64,000 nt of DNA from Candidatus Woykebacteria bacterium (lineage in GTDB: Bacteria; Patescibacteriota; Microgenomatia; Woykebacterales; RBG-16-39-9b). The stretch's first letter is position 1, and each line of letters opens with the position of its first letter. The DNA lies in contig JBBDPM010000006.1 in NCBI GenBank assembly GCA_040876345.1, positions 6,803-70,802 on the forward strand. The letters are read 5' to 3'. The position numbers were made by a program, and so were the translations under genes. The notes under the pieces were generated by a model. That model had not been told where the DNA came from, searched no databases, and was given only the letters and a program-made list of their open reading frames with translations. This document shows, in pieces, positions 18,045 to 28,670 of this stretch.

Positions 18045-20138
18045 ATGGGTAGTAGTATCCATATTCGTAGCCATAAGTTTAATTATCTATCCGCTATTTT
18101 TGAGCACAATTTCCGGCTAAAAGTGATTACTCTAAACACCCCCATAGGAAAATTTCCCTTTATTGGTCCTACCTACGCTACTCGATTAAAGAAACTTAAT
18201 ATAGACAACCTCAAGGATCTTTTTTATCACTTTCCTGCAAAGTATGAGGACAGGCAGGTTTCCACAAGAATAAGTGAAGTAAGAGCAGGCGAGAAAGTTT
18301 CTCTGGAGGGAGTGGTGTGGGAAATAAGAAACGTTCGCACGAAATATGGTAAAAACTTGACCTTTGCCTTGATAAACGACGGTTCAGGATCGATAAACTG
18401 CGTTTGGTTCAACCAACCCTACCTTACAAAATCTATTAAACAGGGTCAAAAACTAGGGTTTTCTGGAAAAAGCGAATATTTTAATGCTAATCTTTCCTTA
18501 GTAAGCCCTGATTTTGAAAACCTGGATAATAAAACCTCGCCAATCCACACCAAAGGTTTAGTGCCGATTTACCCTGAAACTGCCGGCGTCACTTCAAAAT
18601 GGCTTCGCAGCCGACTTTCAAATCTTCTTAGCACTAGTACTGGCCTGAAAATCTACGAAGTTTTACCGATGGAAATTGTAAAGAAGTACAAATTTGCAAA
18701 TTGGCTGTTATCGATGAAAAACATCCATTTTCCAGCTAACCTGAACGAACTAGAAAGGGCGAAAGAGAGATTCAAATTTGAGGAGCTATATTTAATACAA
18801 GTAAGAGCTCTTAAGAGAAAAGCGGAATGGAGTAAACAGGCAAAAGTCCAACCTTTTACAATTGATCAGGAAAAGTTACTCAAATTTATAGCTAGCCTTC
18901 CTTTTGATTTGACCAACGCCCAAAAAAGAAGCATCAAAGAAATTATTGGGGATCTGGGCAAAAAAACGCCTATGAATCGCCTTTTGCAAGGAGACGTCGG
19001 AAGTGGCAAAACTGTTATTGCAGCCCTTTCTAGCTACGTGGTTATACTGCAAGGCTACAATACAGTTTTTATGGCGCCAACGGAAATTTTGGCAAACCAG
19101 CACTTTAAGACTCTAGAGACTATCTTAAATCCGTTTGGTATTAGTGTCGGTCTTCAAACAAGCGCCCGGAAAACTAAGGAAGACGCCCATCTAACTGTCG
19201 GGACCCAGGCTCTGCTATTTAAAAACTGGCAACCAAAAACTCTGGGTTTAATAATAATTGATGAGCAGCAGCGCTTTGGTGTTGCTCAAAGAGCCATTTT
19301 GAGAGAAAAGGGTGTTTTTTCTCACTTCCTAACAATGAGTGCTACTCCAATTCCCCGAACCATGGCTCTTACTCTGTGGGGCGATTTGGACTTTTCCGTG
19401 CTGGATGAAATGCCCTCTGGAAGGCAAAGGATAAAAACTTACGTTGTTCCAAAGGAAAAACGAGACAAAGCCTACAATTTCATAAGAAAAGAGATTTTGG
19501 AAGGGCGACAAGCTTTTATAATTTGCCCTTTTATCAACCCTTCCGAGACTCTCTCATCAGTCAGAAGCGCGAAACAGGAGTGGCAAAAGCTCAGTAGTGA
19601 GGTCTTTCCCGATCTAAAGGTGGAACTTTTACACGGAAGGCTTTCATCATCCCAAAAGCAGAGCATTCTGGAGAAGTTTCGCAGGAGAGAAGCTGATATC
19701 TTGGTTTCAACCCCAGTGGTAGAAGTTGGGATTGATATACCAAACGCTGCTGTAATGATGATCGAAGGCTCTGATCGTTTTGGTCTAGCCCAGCTCCACC
19801 AAATTAGAGGCAGAGTGGGCCGAAGCAGTAACCAATCATTTTGCTTTCTTTTTACCGAAAATGACAGCCCCAGTATATTAAGTAGGCTTAGACATCTTGA
19901 AAAAAACTCTAGTGGCCTCTCTCTTGCAGAACTTGACCTCAAACTTCGTGGACCAGGTGAGATTTTTGGTCTGGCCCAAAGCGGGTTTCCGCCACTGAAA
20001 TTAGCTTCTTTTATGGATAAAGAGTTAATTAAAAAAACTCATGAGGCGGCAAAAAAAGTTATCGATGCCGACCCAGAATTAGAAAATTCACCTTCCCTAC
20101 AAGAAATAATGAGAGTCGAAAAAACCACTCCTGATTGA
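18045..20138 (+). CDS. recG: ATP-dependent DNA helicase RecG
   Basis: Wedge/OB N-domain. GDVGSGKT Walker A, DEQQRFGV, TATPIPRT helicase motifs. Confidence 0.88.
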   Translation: MGSSIHIRSHKFNYLSAIFEHNFRLKVITLNTPIGKFPFIGPTYATRLKKLNIDNLKDLFYHFPAKYEDRQVSTRISEVRAGEKVSLEGVVWEIRNVRTKYGKNLTFALINDGSGSINCVWFNQPYLTKSIKQGQKLGFSGKSEYFNANLSLVSPDFENLDNKTSPIHTKGLVPIYPETAGVTSKWLRSRLSNLLSTSTGLKIYEVLPMEIVKKYKFANWLLSMKNIHFPANLNELERAKERFKFEELYLIQVRALKRKAEWSKQAKVQPFTIDQEKLLKFIASLPFDLTNAQKRSIKEIIGDLGKKTPMNRLLQGDVGSGKTVIAALSSYVVILQGYNTVFMAPTEILANQHFKTLETILNPFGISVGLQTSARKTKEDAHLTVGTQALLFKNWQPKTLGLIIIDEQQRFGVAQRAILREKGVFSHFLTMSATPIPRTMALTLWGDLDFSVLDEMPSGRQRIKTYVVPKEKRDKAYNFIRKEILEGRQAFIICPFINPSETLSSVRSAKQEWQKLSSEVFPDLKVELLHGRLSSSQKQSILEKFRRREADILVSTPVVEVGIDIPNAAVMMIEGSDRFGLAQLHQIRGRVGRSSNQSFCFLFTENDSPSILSRLRHLEKNSSGLSLAELDLKLRGPGEIFGLAQSGFPPLKLASFMDKELIKKTHEAAKKVIDADPELENSPSLQEIMRVEKTTPD

Positions 20139-20170
20139 CAGTTGGCCCCCTGGAAAATATAATTGCCTAT

Positions 20171-20380
20171 ATGACACCATTACCAAAGAAAAAAATCTCT
20201 AAAGCTCGGAAGGGCAAAAGAAGAGAAAACATTAAATTAATCTTCCCAAAACTATCAGTTTGCCCAAACTGCTCTGCTCTTAAACTACCCCATAAAGCTT
20301 GTCCGAATTGCGGAACCTACAAAGGAAAGGTAGCAAAGGTAGTAAAAGTAAAAACAAAGGTTACTAAAGGGGGAGCGTAG
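20171..20380 (+). CDS. rpmF: 50S ribosomal protein L32
   Basis: MTPLPKKKISKARKGKRR...CPNCSALKLPHKACPNCGTYKG zinc-ribbon L32. Confidence 0.85.
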   Translation: MTPLPKKKISKARKGKRRENIKLIFPKLSVCPNCSALKLPHKACPNCGTYKGKVAKVVKVKTKVTKGGA

Positions 20381-20860
20381 GTGAAAAAGCAGAACGATCC
20401 AAGACACGAGGGTCGAAAGATTGCTCTTCAAGTCCTTTTCGAATGGAGTTTTAACTCTTTAGATATCAAGGAAATTTTGGAAAGGGATAAAGATATATTT
20501 ATCGAGATCCAGGAAAAAAAGGAGGGGGAGAAACCAGACTTCGACTTAGCTCTCTTTTTGGTAGGAGGTGTTACCGAAAATTTGGATACGCTTGATAAGA
20601 TAATTGAAGATGCGGCCCCAGAGTGGCCAATTAATCAAATAGCCAAGATAGATCTAGAGATTTTGAGATTAGCAATATTTGAGCTTTATATAGCCAGAAA
20701 CGTCCCTCCAAAAGTCTCTATTGATGAGGCAGTGGAACTTGCCAAAGAATTTGGTGGTGAAAACTCAAGTAAGTTCGTTAACGGAGTCTTAGGAACTGTT
20801 GTGAAAGAACTAATGCCGGGGTTAATAGACTCTTCAGAAAAAAAGAAGAAAAGAAATTGA
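20381..20860 (+). CDS. nusB: Transcription antitermination factor NusB
   Basis: RHEGRKIALQVLFEWSF NusB N-terminal motif. Confidence 0.85.
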   Translation: MKKQNDPRHEGRKIALQVLFEWSFNSLDIKEILERDKDIFIEIQEKKEGEKPDFDLALFLVGGVTENLDTLDKIIEDAAPEWPINQIAKIDLEILRLAIFELYIARNVPPKVSIDEAVELAKEFGGENSSKFVNGVLGTVVKELMPGLIDSSEKKKKRN

Positions 20861-20863
20861 CTA

Positions 20864-21097
20864 ATGAACACTTTAGAAGAAATAAAAGAACTAATTTCAG
20901 GTCAATTTGGAGTTGAGAAAGACTCTATCTTACCTGATTCCCACCTTCAGGACGACTTAAATGCAGACCCTCTGAGTATTGCGGATCTTGTTGTTAGCCT
21001 GGAAGACAAATTCAAGTTAAAAATACCTCAAGAAGAAATAATTAAATTTAACAAGGTTTCAGACATTGTAGAATTTATAGAAGACCAAATGGATTAG
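20864..21097 (+). CDS. acpP: Acyl carrier protein-like (DPLS in place of canonical DSL)
   Basis: 77 aa, acidic. LNADPLSIADLVVSLEDKF resembles the ACP helix II region. Position next to rnc as in Firmicutes. Confidence 0.65.
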   Translation: MNTLEEIKELISGQFGVEKDSILPDSHLQDDLNADPLSIADLVVSLEDKFKLKIPQEEIIKFNKVSDIVEFIEDQMD

Positions 21098-21110
21098 AGT
21101 AAAAACAAGT

Positions 21111-21803
21111 ATGGATTTTAGCGAACTAGAAAATAAAATTGGGCTAACATTTAAAGACCAAAATCTTTTGAAAACAGCATTCATTCACCGATCTTATTTG
21201 AATGAACATCCCGAGGAAAAATTACCTAATAATGAAAGGCTTGAATTTTTGGGGGATTCTGTCTTAGGGTTCATAATATCAAACTACCTCTACGAAAAGT
21301 ATCCAAGGAACCCGGAAGGAGATTTAACGAATTTTAGATCTAGCATCGTAAACGCTAAAACTCTAGCTGAAGCTTCCGGTAATCTTGGTTTGGGAGAGTT
21401 TCTTTTTTTATCGAAGGGGGAGGAAGCAACAGGTGGAAAGGAACGGCAATATATTTTAGCAAACACTTATGAATCGCTGCTGGGGGCAATTTATCTCGAC
21501 CAAGGAATAGATGCAGCCTCAAAATTTGTTGATAAAACCCTAATACCCAAGCTTTCGGTAATAATTGAAAAGAAACTCTACAAGGACTTCAAGAGTAAAC
21601 TCCAGGAGGCTTCTCAAGCGAATCACAATGTAACTCCGAGTTATAAGCTTGTATCTGAGACTGGACCGGATCATTCAAAAGTATTTGAAACTGGAGCGTA
21701 CCTAGGTCAGAAGTTGTTGGCTAAAGGTAAAGGTGCTAGCAAACAAGCAGCCGAGCAGGAAGCGGCAAAATCTGCACTTGAAAAATTAGACAAATTAAGC
21801 TAA
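21111..21803 (+). CDS. rnc: Ribonuclease III
   Basis: ERLEFLGDSVL signature and C-terminal dsRBD. Confidence 0.92.
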   Translation: MDFSELENKIGLTFKDQNLLKTAFIHRSYLNEHPEEKLPNNERLEFLGDSVLGFIISNYLYEKYPRNPEGDLTNFRSSIVNAKTLAEASGNLGLGEFLFLSKGEEATGGKERQYILANTYESLLGAIYLDQGIDAASKFVDKTLIPKLSVIIEKKLYKDFKSKLQEASQANHNVTPSYKLVSETGPDHSKVFETGAYLGQKLLAKGKGASKQAAEQEAAKSALEKLDKLS

Positions 21804-21815
21804 AATCCCCTATCT

Positions 21816-22043
21816 ATGGTAAAAATACGATTAGCAAGAATGGGCAGTAAGAATAAGCCAAAATACCGAATTGTTGCTGCAGATGAGAAATTCAAACGAG
21901 ACGGGCGCTTTTTGGAAATACTAGGTCATTATGACCCAACCACTAATCCGTTCTCACTAATAGTGAAGCGGGATAAGCTAGATTGGTGGGTCTCTCACGG
22001 TGCCCAAGTCTCTGAAACGGTCTCAAAACTCGTTTATAAATAG
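21816..22043 (+). CDS. rpsP: 30S ribosomal protein S16
   Basis: MVKIRLARMGSKNKPKYRIV. Confidence 0.92.
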   Translation: MVKIRLARMGSKNKPKYRIVAADEKFKRDGRFLEILGHYDPTTNPFSLIVKRDKLDWWVSHGAQVSETVSKLVYK

Positions 22044-22073
22044 AATCAAAATAAACTTGAGTTAGTAGGTAAA

Positions 22074-22313
22074 ATGAAAGATTTATTAGAATTTATTGTT
22101 AAAGGTATCAGTGAGGATAGTAGCAAGGTCTCTATCTCCGAACAGAAAGAAGAAGGGCTAGACAGCTACACTATTTTCGTTGCTGAAAAAGAAATCGGGA
22201 AAATAATTGGTAAAGGCGGTAAGGTAATAAAAGCAATAAGGACTTTAGTTAAATTAAAAGCAATTAAAGATGGCAGCCGGGTAAGGCTTAACAGCGTAGA
22301 AGCAGCAACTTAA
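22074..22313 (+). CDS. KH-domain RNA-binding protein (YlqC-like)
   Basis: IGKIIGKGGKVIKAIR KH motif. Conserved rpsP-KH-trmD synteny. Confidence 0.8.
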   Translation: MKDLLEFIVKGISEDSSKVSISEQKEEGLDSYTIFVAEKEIGKIIGKGGKVIKAIRTLVKLKAIKDGSRVRLNSVEAAT

Positions 22314-22320
22314 GTCTCTA

Positions 22321-23037
22321 ATGGGAAATCTAACGATCCACGTTTTAACTCTCTTTCCAGATTTCTTCAAAAGCCCCCTTTCAGAGAGCATTCTTGCAAG
22401 GGCAATTAAAAAAGGCTTAATTTCAGTTCAAATTCACAATTTAAGAACTTTTGGCCTTGGGGAAAGGAAAACGGTAGACGATAATCCATACGGTGGTAGC
22501 GCTGGTATGGTTCTCAGAGTGGACGTTTTGGCCAAGGCGGCCGAGAGCGTCTCCTCAAAAGAACGAGGGGGAAAGCCGTATGTAGTACTCCTTGACCCAA
22601 AAGGGAAAAGGTATGACCAGGGAAGAGCCGAAAAACTTTCAAAAAAGAAGGAGGTACTCCTAGTTTGCGGTCATTATGAAGGGGTGGATCAAAGATTTGC
22701 AGATTATTTTTGTGACGAGGTAGTCTCTGTCGGAGATTTTGTTCTCACCGGCGGGGAGACAGCGGCTCTTGTCTTAATAGATTCTATTGTTCGTTTACAG
22801 CCTGGAGTGCTCGGTAAGAAAGAGTCTCTTCAATCCGAATCGTTCTCCTTGACTAAGACTGAGGGTAAAAATAGTAGAATCTTTGACTTTCCAACCTACA
22901 CACGGCCAGAGAGCTTTCAGGGCAAAAAAGTCCCCCCAATTCTTTTGAGTGGTAACCACGCGAAGATAAAACAGTGGAGAGCTAATAAAGCACGCCAACT
23001 TACTTTGAAATTTAGGAAAGATTTAGTACAAGGTTAG
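22321..23037 (+). CDS. trmD: tRNA (guanine37-N1)-methyltransferase
   Basis: HVLTLFPDFF...NPYGGSAGMVL TrmD motifs. Confidence 0.9.
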   Translation: MGNLTIHVLTLFPDFFKSPLSESILARAIKKGLISVQIHNLRTFGLGERKTVDDNPYGGSAGMVLRVDVLAKAAESVSSKERGGKPYVVLLDPKGKRYDQGRAEKLSKKKEVLLVCGHYEGVDQRFADYFCDEVVSVGDFVLTGGETAALVLIDSIVRLQPGVLGKKESLQSESFSLTKTEGKNSRIFDFPTYTRPESFQGKKVPPILLSGNHAKIKQWRANKARQLTLKFRKDLVQG

Positions 23038-23792
23038 TTGCCAAAAGGGTTTGCGACCCCAGTCCGACCTTCTTGTATTTGAATATCCGTGAAGTTAATA
23101 AATTTATCAATTAGTAGAAGAGTACGTTCATTATCAGCAGAAAGCGCAGGAATCTGCTCCGCAGCAAGATCATCGCTAGAAAACTCAACTGGTCTAAAAG
23201 GAATTGAGAGTTGAAATAAAATCTGAAATTTACTGCCTTCAGAATCGGTTGCGGCAAGGGAGTCAATAGATGATATTCGCTTTGCCATCTCAAGCTTTTC
23301 TAAAAAGGCCTCAAGAGACGAAACGCTTCCACTTAAAGAAAGTTTTAAAATTAAAGAGTCCTTAGAAAGCTGCCCTGAGGGAGCCGCCGGTTGAGTTTGC
23401 GCGGCAGTAGCACTTGCTGTTGCTGCTTTGGCAGACTCTGTACTTACTTTCCCTGGCGTCAAGCTTATTTCGTCAACTGCTAAGTTAGATCCAAGCGCTA
23501 AATTCTGAAGCCCAACAACAAGCGGGGCAACTTGTTTCCCGGCAGGCAGAGCAATATTTGCTTCGGAAAGCTTTTGGTTTATTTCAGCTTCATCAAGGGA
23601 GTTTAGAGTACCTAATTTATTTGAAAGGTTTCTCAACCTTTCACGATCGTTATTTAGACTATTATTAGTCTCTCTAACATTCCTTAAAAGGGGCAATATC
23701 ACAAAAGGAATAATGACAAGTATTGTTACTGCTATAAGAGCCGGTACCGCCAAGGCTTTTAAATTTTTCAGATCGATATTAAAAAGTTTCAT
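23034..23792 (-). CDS. pilO: Type IV pilus assembly protein PilO-like
   Basis: N-terminal TM, coiled-coil, position after pilN. Confidence 0.65.
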   Translation of the reverse strand: MKLFNIDLKNLKALAVPALIAVTILVIIPFVILPLLRNVRETNNSLNNDRERLRNLSNKLGTLNSLDEAEINQKLSEANIALPAGKQVAPLVVGLQNLALGSNLAVDEISLTPGKVSTESAKAATASATAAQTQPAAPSGQLSKDSLILKLSLSGSVSSLEAFLEKLEMAKRISSIDSLAATDSEGSKFQILFQLSIPFRPVEFSSDDLAAEQIPALSADNERTLLLIDKFINFTDIQIQEGRTGVANPFGN

Positions 23793-24357
23793 CTTTGGCC
23801 ACCAGTCCTCTGGGTATGAAAGTCATATCGATTACAAATTTATAAGAACTTTTGTTTTCATTGCTTAGATTGCTAAGAATCACCTTATTAAACTTAGGTG
23901 TGTAACGCTCGGAGATAATTGCTTTTATAAGTTTGCTTAAAGAAGCCGAATTGTTAGCAACCCCACCAATACTTACGTCTCCATCACTATTAACGTCAAT
24001 GTTCTCGATCTTGACTGCCCCAGACTCCTCGGCTAAGTTTGATATATTGGCGACAGCACTTGATACTGGTACTTCCTCATCCAAAGTCTTCTGGATTTGA
24101 TTAAGCTTATCCACCAGGGCACGTTGGGAAATTTCCTTCTCTTTCTGAGCGACTATTTCACCTTCCAATCTTTGTGATTCTTTTTCCACACGGGATCTTG
24201 TTGTTTGAAGAAAGAGCTGGTATGAAAATATGCCGACTAAAATAGCCGAAACTCCAAGTAAGGCTCCTATTGAGGATACGTTGAGTTTGCGCTTATAGAC
24301 TTCCTTCTTTGCTTCGTCTTCGGCGATTTGTGGTAGTAAGTTTATACCTTGAGCCAT
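23779..24357 (-). CDS. pilN: Type IV pilus assembly protein PilN
   Basis: INLLP N-terminal motif plus TM helix. Confidence 0.75.
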   Translation of the reverse strand: MAQGINLLPQIAEDEAKKEVYKRKLNVSSIGALLGVSAILVGIFSYQLFLQTTRSRVEKESQRLEGEIVAQKEKEISQRALVDKLNQIQKTLDEEVPVSSAVANISNLAEESGAVKIENIDVNSDGDVSIGGVANNSASLSKLIKAIISERYTPKFNKVILSNLSNENKSSYKFVIDMTFIPRGLVAKDETF

Positions 24358-24362
24358 ATTAA

Positions 24363-25406
24363 TTAGATTGATTTTAAACCAAGACCCACGGCAACAGTGT
24401 AAGAAGTGCCGTCAGTGACAAGTCTCTGGGATACTTGGGAAGGTAGTGAGATTCCTTCCCACGGATTTCCCAGCTGCACTTCCAAACCTAAAGCCTCAGC
24501 CAGATATAACACCAAGCCGGGCAGTTTTGCAGTCCCTCCGGTAAGAACAACTCTCTTAACCGGCGACTCAGGGTGTTTGCCAACGTAGTATGCAAGCGCT
24601 CTTCTTATCTCATTGACAACAACATCAAATATTGGCTTTATTGCTTGCATCACTTTACCCTCAAGCTGAGTTGCATCAAGTCCATAAGTTTTCATATATT
24701 CGGTGGCCTGATCCAGCTCAAAACCAAGTTCTTGAGCTACACCGCGAGCAAGTGCTAACCCGCCAGTAGCAATTGACCTGGTAAAATTTATTTGGTTTGC
24801 ACTAACAATAGATAGATCAGTAGTCGAGGCCCCAATACTAATAATCATGGTGGTGGGGGTGCCTTCAACTCTCTGGACTAAGGACCTGACCACGGCGGTG
24901 ATTTCTGTCTCAAGAGCAATTGCGGAAAGTCCAGCCGTTTTCATAATTCGTAAATACCTATTGATTAAAACTTTTGGGGCGGCAACAAGCAGAACTTCTA
25001 CTTTTCCACCGGCAGAAGGAGCTGCAACCTTTGGGTGTGAGAGTATCTGCCAATCAAGACGCACCTCAGTCATTGGTATTGGAACGTATTGCTCTGCTTC
25101 CCACTGTATTGCACTTCTTACTTCCTTGTCAGAAAGGCTAGGAAGCTCAACAACTCTTGTAAATATTTGCGACTCAGGCAAAGCCGTTATCACTTTATCA
25201 GTGCTTATATGAGCCTCGTGATGAAGTTTTTTTATAGTTTCGGAAAGTAGAATAATGTCTTCTTCGGAATCAGATGTTGCGCTTTGGGCGGGTGTAGGAA
25301 CTTGGCCGGCTGCTATAAAAACTGGCCGACTAGTTTGACCACCCAGCTGAACAGCTTTTATGCTATGCGTTCCGATATCAAGACCAAAATGATTAAGGGC
25401 AGGCAT
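24363..25406 (-). CDS. pilM: Type IV pilus assembly ATPase-fold protein PilM
   Basis: Actin-like fold; FGLDIGTHSIKAVQL. Confidence 0.85.
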   Translation of the reverse strand: MPALNHFGLDIGTHSIKAVQLGGQTSRPVFIAAGQVPTPAQSATSDSEEDIILLSETIKKLHHEAHISTDKVITALPESQIFTRVVELPSLSDKEVRSAIQWEAEQYVPIPMTEVRLDWQILSHPKVAAPSAGGKVEVLLVAAPKVLINRYLRIMKTAGLSAIALETEITAVVRSLVQRVEGTPTTMIISIGASTTDLSIVSANQINFTRSIATGGLALARGVAQELGFELDQATEYMKTYGLDATQLEGKVMQAIKPIFDVVVNEIRRALAYYVGKHPESPVKRVVLTGGTAKLPGLVLYLAEALGLEVQLGNPWEGISLPSQVSQRLVTDGTSYTVAVGLGLKSI

Positions 25407-25562
25407 GCTTTAGTAAGTAGTAAATTGATTACTAGTCATTAATTAACTATATAAATAGTAACATAGTGCAGAGGAGGCTGGCAAGTACCTACAATAAGGG
25501 GTTAGAGATTAGTTAGTTTATTTTGTCCTACTAACCTATAATTAACTAAGCGCTAACTTCTT

Positions 25563-26534
25563 TTACTTGGTGAGATTTGTACCTGAAAATAGTACGTAGT
25601 CAAAAATGGCTGGTAAGGCCGGGAATTGGCGAACTACCTTTAGCTTCCTCGTAACCCCAGAATTAGTAGTGCCGGTAGACTCAATTTCAGATCCTTGAAT
25701 TGGTAGATCCCAACCATTACCCTTAACTGCTATCGGATGGGCAACAAGGTTGTACAAAAACCTAATCCTCGCAAGTACAGGCACACTTGCATTACCAATC
25801 CCTTCAAGATCCAAAAGGGCTGAGTTACAGTCACTAATACCACTTCTGATATCAAAAGTCTGCACAAATTCGAAGTCAATCTTGCCGACATTAGTATCTG
25901 TACCAGGTGGCGTACTCACATCATCCGGCGCATCCGTACTATTAAGGCAGAAATTATTACCAGCTCCTCCACCAATACGACCATTATTTGGATCAAATGC
26001 AAACTTTCGTAGCTTAAAGGCCCCACCTTCCAAATACACCACCGTCACTTCCATCGCCGGTGCATTTGCTCCACGCCCAATCCCTTCATGACCCCAAAAA
26101 ATATCAATATTGGCAGGGTTTCCAGCAGCCGGTACTGGGCTTCCACTACCCAAGTTATTAAAATCAACAAGCAAACTTATTTGCACCACTTCGTCTTTAC
26201 TCACTTCGCTTGGAAAAGAAAAGGCGTTAGACCCAGCACTTATATCTTTAACTGAAATTTTAGCTTTTGTTTGGTTTAAGGTGGAGAAATCTAATTCTGG
26301 CAAAGTGCCGCTAAAGGAAGAGTCCCCCTCAAGCTTCTTAAGTGCTTCTTCTACTCCAGCCTCAGCTGCAAAATAAGCTCTGTTGGATTCATCGCTTGTA
26401 GTTGTTGTACGAATGTCAGTAATGGACCTTGAAGCAACAGAGAGCACAATCGCGAGCCCGACTACTAAAACAAGAAGAAAAACTATCAATATTTGACCGG
26501 ACTGCTCTTTAGTGTGTTGGGAAGTTTCTTTCAT
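25563..26534 (-). CDS. PilX-like / minor-pilin-associated protein (N-terminal TM, large extracellular domain)
   Basis: N-terminus QSGQILIVFLLVLVVGLAIVL resembles a PilX_N-type anchor. Sits within the pilus locus. Confidence 0.45.
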   Translation of the reverse strand: MKETSQHTKEQSGQILIVFLLVLVVGLAIVLSVASRSITDIRTTTTSDESNRAYFAAEAGVEEALKKLEGDSSFSGTLPELDFSTLNQTKAKISVKDISAGSNAFSFPSEVSKDEVVQISLLVDFNNLGSGSPVPAAGNPANIDIFWGHEGIGRGANAPAMEVTVVYLEGGAFKLRKFAFDPNNGRIGGGAGNNFCLNSTDAPDDVSTPPGTDTNVGKIDFEFVQTFDIRSGISDCNSALLDLEGIGNASVPVLARIRFLYNLVAHPIAVKGNGWDLPIQGSEIESTGTTNSGVTRKLKVVRQFPALPAIFDYVLFSGTNLTK

Positions 26535-26613
26535 TTCAGGCAGGGCTTTAAAATTTTAAGCCTTAATTAAATGATAAACTCTACTTCAGTAGGTAGTCAA
26601 GTACTATTATGAT

Positions 26614-27351
26614 CTAGGCGGCGACATTACCTATGCAGCTCACCACTACCATATCGTGATATCCAGAAGAGTCTGTCCAGGTAACCACTACTGATACTTG
26701 CTTAGATTCATCATAATAGAGTCCATCGCTATCTGAGTCATAATCGTTACATTTACTCAGACCCCCATCCACGACTCTTGTATCAGCGACATACAGAGCT
26801 CTTTTGAAATTTACACCACCAATATTAACCTCAAAGTATGGCTCAGAATCCCCATTACCATGAAGACACCAGGAGTAAGAGTGGGAAGATGGTAGGGCAC
26901 CCCCTGTCGAGCAGTCAGTTGGGTTAGGCTCATCCGGTTCGTGAATACCGTATCTGTGACCATAAATAGGGCTTCTTGTGTTGCCCACAGCTACAAATTT
27001 GGTAAGTACGGGCTCATCACATAAAGGTTCTGTAGGGCAGCCGGATATGGTTTCGGTGATATCACATTCATAAAGCTTGCTAAAACTTGTGTAACCGGCT
27101 GCACACGGGGCTACCGGATTTTGCATTGTAATCACAGCTTTTGGATCATCCAAACTCCTGATACTCATCACTACCTCTAAACTTTGTTGGGCGAGTTTGC
27201 TTGCTACTTCTTGATTCTTGGAAAAAGTTGCGTTTCGGTTGGCACGGGCGGCAAGACCAAGTATTGCGGTAACTATTAGCGTACCGACGGCTATAGCGAT
27301 CACAACCTCAACTAATGTTTGGCCTTTATTGGCAGGATCCTTAGCATTCAT
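26614..27351 (-). CDS. Type IV prepilin-like protein (class III signal KGQTLVE)
   Basis: G|QTLVEVVIAIAV prepilin cleavage and hydrophobic helix. Paralog of 27945-28655. Confidence 0.8.
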   Translation of the reverse strand: MNAKDPANKGQTLVEVVIAIAVGTLIVTAILGLAARANRNATFSKNQEVASKLAQQSLEVVMSIRSLDDPKAVITMQNPVAPCAAGYTSFSKLYECDITETISGCPTEPLCDEPVLTKFVAVGNTRSPIYGHRYGIHEPDEPNPTDCSTGGALPSSHSYSWCLHGNGDSEPYFEVNIGGVNFKRALYVADTRVVDGGLSKCNDYDSDSDGLYYDESKQVSVVVTWTDSSGYHDMVVVSCIGNVAA

Positions 27352-27966
27352 TTAAAAAACTCTTGTGCCAACGGTAGTTTCAAAAGGGAGATTTATTTGG
27401 TAATCATTTCTGGTAGGGGCGCCTATTCCTTGGGCAACTGTGAAAGCAAATAAAACAATTTGCTGTTGATTTACAGTGCCAGTAATTGTAAACACATCGT
27501 TTGCCCCTGCCACATTAACATTATCACATACAATATTTACTCCTGAGGTACTATCAGTATTGGTCAGAACCTCAAGGTTTCCGCTGAGTTGAATCTCTCT
27601 TGTAAACCTTCCATTATCACTGCCTGTAGATCCCACGCATTTCCAGTCTACATACTCGTCACGATGTTTAATAGTTATACCGTTAGTTCCGTTCGGTGTA
27701 ATACTGAGAGCCGGGCGAATATCTCGTTCAAAAAGATCTATTATAATTGCAGCGTTTTGACGCGCTTCGTTAGTTACTTGTGTTTTGTTCTGGGAGCGCA
27801 GAATTCCAATAAATACGCTGGAAGCAATCCCTATTAAAATACCCAGAATTGCCGTGACCACCAGAAGCTCAAGGATAGTGAATCCTTGGCTACCAAAAAC
27901 CTTGTTTTTTTCATTATCAACCTTAAATTTGCGTTTCATGCTATTTAAGTCTTCTTGCCAATACAA
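27352..27966 (-). CDS. Minor pilin-like protein (GFTILELLVV)
   Basis: Prepilin motif SQGFTILELLVVTAILGIL. Confidence 0.8.
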   Translation of the reverse strand: MYWQEDLNSMKRKFKVDNEKNKVFGSQGFTILELLVVTAILGILIGIASSVFIGILRSQNKTQVTNEARQNAAIIIDLFERDIRPALSITPNGTNGITIKHRDEYVDWKCVGSTGSDNGRFTREIQLSGNLEVLTNTDSTSGVNIVCDNVNVAGANDVFTITGTVNQQQIVLFAFTVAQGIGAPTRNDYQINLPFETTVGTRVF

Positions 27967-28655
27967 CTAACATCTGATTTTCGGTGTGTACCTGCTTGGT
28001 CTGTCCACTTAACAACAATCGTGAATTGCTTGATGTGTCGGAAATTAGCATTTTGATTGCATTTACTAACTGGGGGAGTATCCGCAATAAAAAGCCCTGT
28101 TGTGTAAGTCACTCCACCGATGTTGATTAAGAAATCTTTTTGATCATCACCGTTACCATGAATACACCAAGAAGATGATGCAGGAATATTTTCAGGCGCA
28201 ATATTAGCTTCATCAGTCCGGCAAGGTAAGGCGGGCAAGTACGTAGGATCTCCTGAGACATGAAAAGCGTATCTTAATCCGTAGCTAGGGTTTACATAAT
28301 TATCAGAGGTGCTGACAAAATTTGTTAACGGTGGATCGTCGCAATGAGAGCCGCAAGGAGTATCTGGAAGATCACATTCGAAAAGACCGTTAAAGTTTGT
28401 AAGCTGGTTACAAGGCGCACCATCTTTTCTGGGAATTATAGCCCTCGGATCATTCAGGGCTTTTATATTCCTTACTATCTCTATCCCTTGTTGACCAAGT
28501 TTGGAAGCTTGCTCTTGATTTCTGGCAAAATTTGCGTTGCGATTGCTTCTGGTGGCTAGTCCTAAAATTGCGGTTATGAATATTGCCCCGACTGCCAAGG
28601 CAATCAAAACTTCAATTAAAGTCTGCCCTTTTTTGGATTTTAAATAAGTCTTCAT
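27945..28655 (-). CDS. Type IV prepilin-like protein (KGQTLIE), paralog of 26614-27351
   Basis: Near-identical N-terminal 60 aa to the 26614 gene. Confidence 0.8.
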   Translation of the reverse strand: MKTYLKSKKGQTLIEVLIALAVGAIFITAILGLATRSNRNANFARNQEQASKLGQQGIEIVRNIKALNDPRAIIPRKDGAPCNQLTNFNGLFECDLPDTPCGSHCDDPPLTNFVSTSDNYVNPSYGLRYAFHVSGDPTYLPALPCRTDEANIAPENIPASSSWCIHGNGDDQKDFLINIGGVTYTTGLFIADTPPVSKCNQNANFRHIKQFTIVVKWTDQAGTHRKSDVSCIGKKT

Positions 28656-28670
28656 GTCATCTAATAACTA

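Noticed and set aside
20135-20170. ORF-track start of rpmF at 20135, overlapping recG
   Set aside because: L32 orthologs align from MTPLPKKK (ATG 20171). The upstream 12 codons are not conserved and overlap the recG stop.
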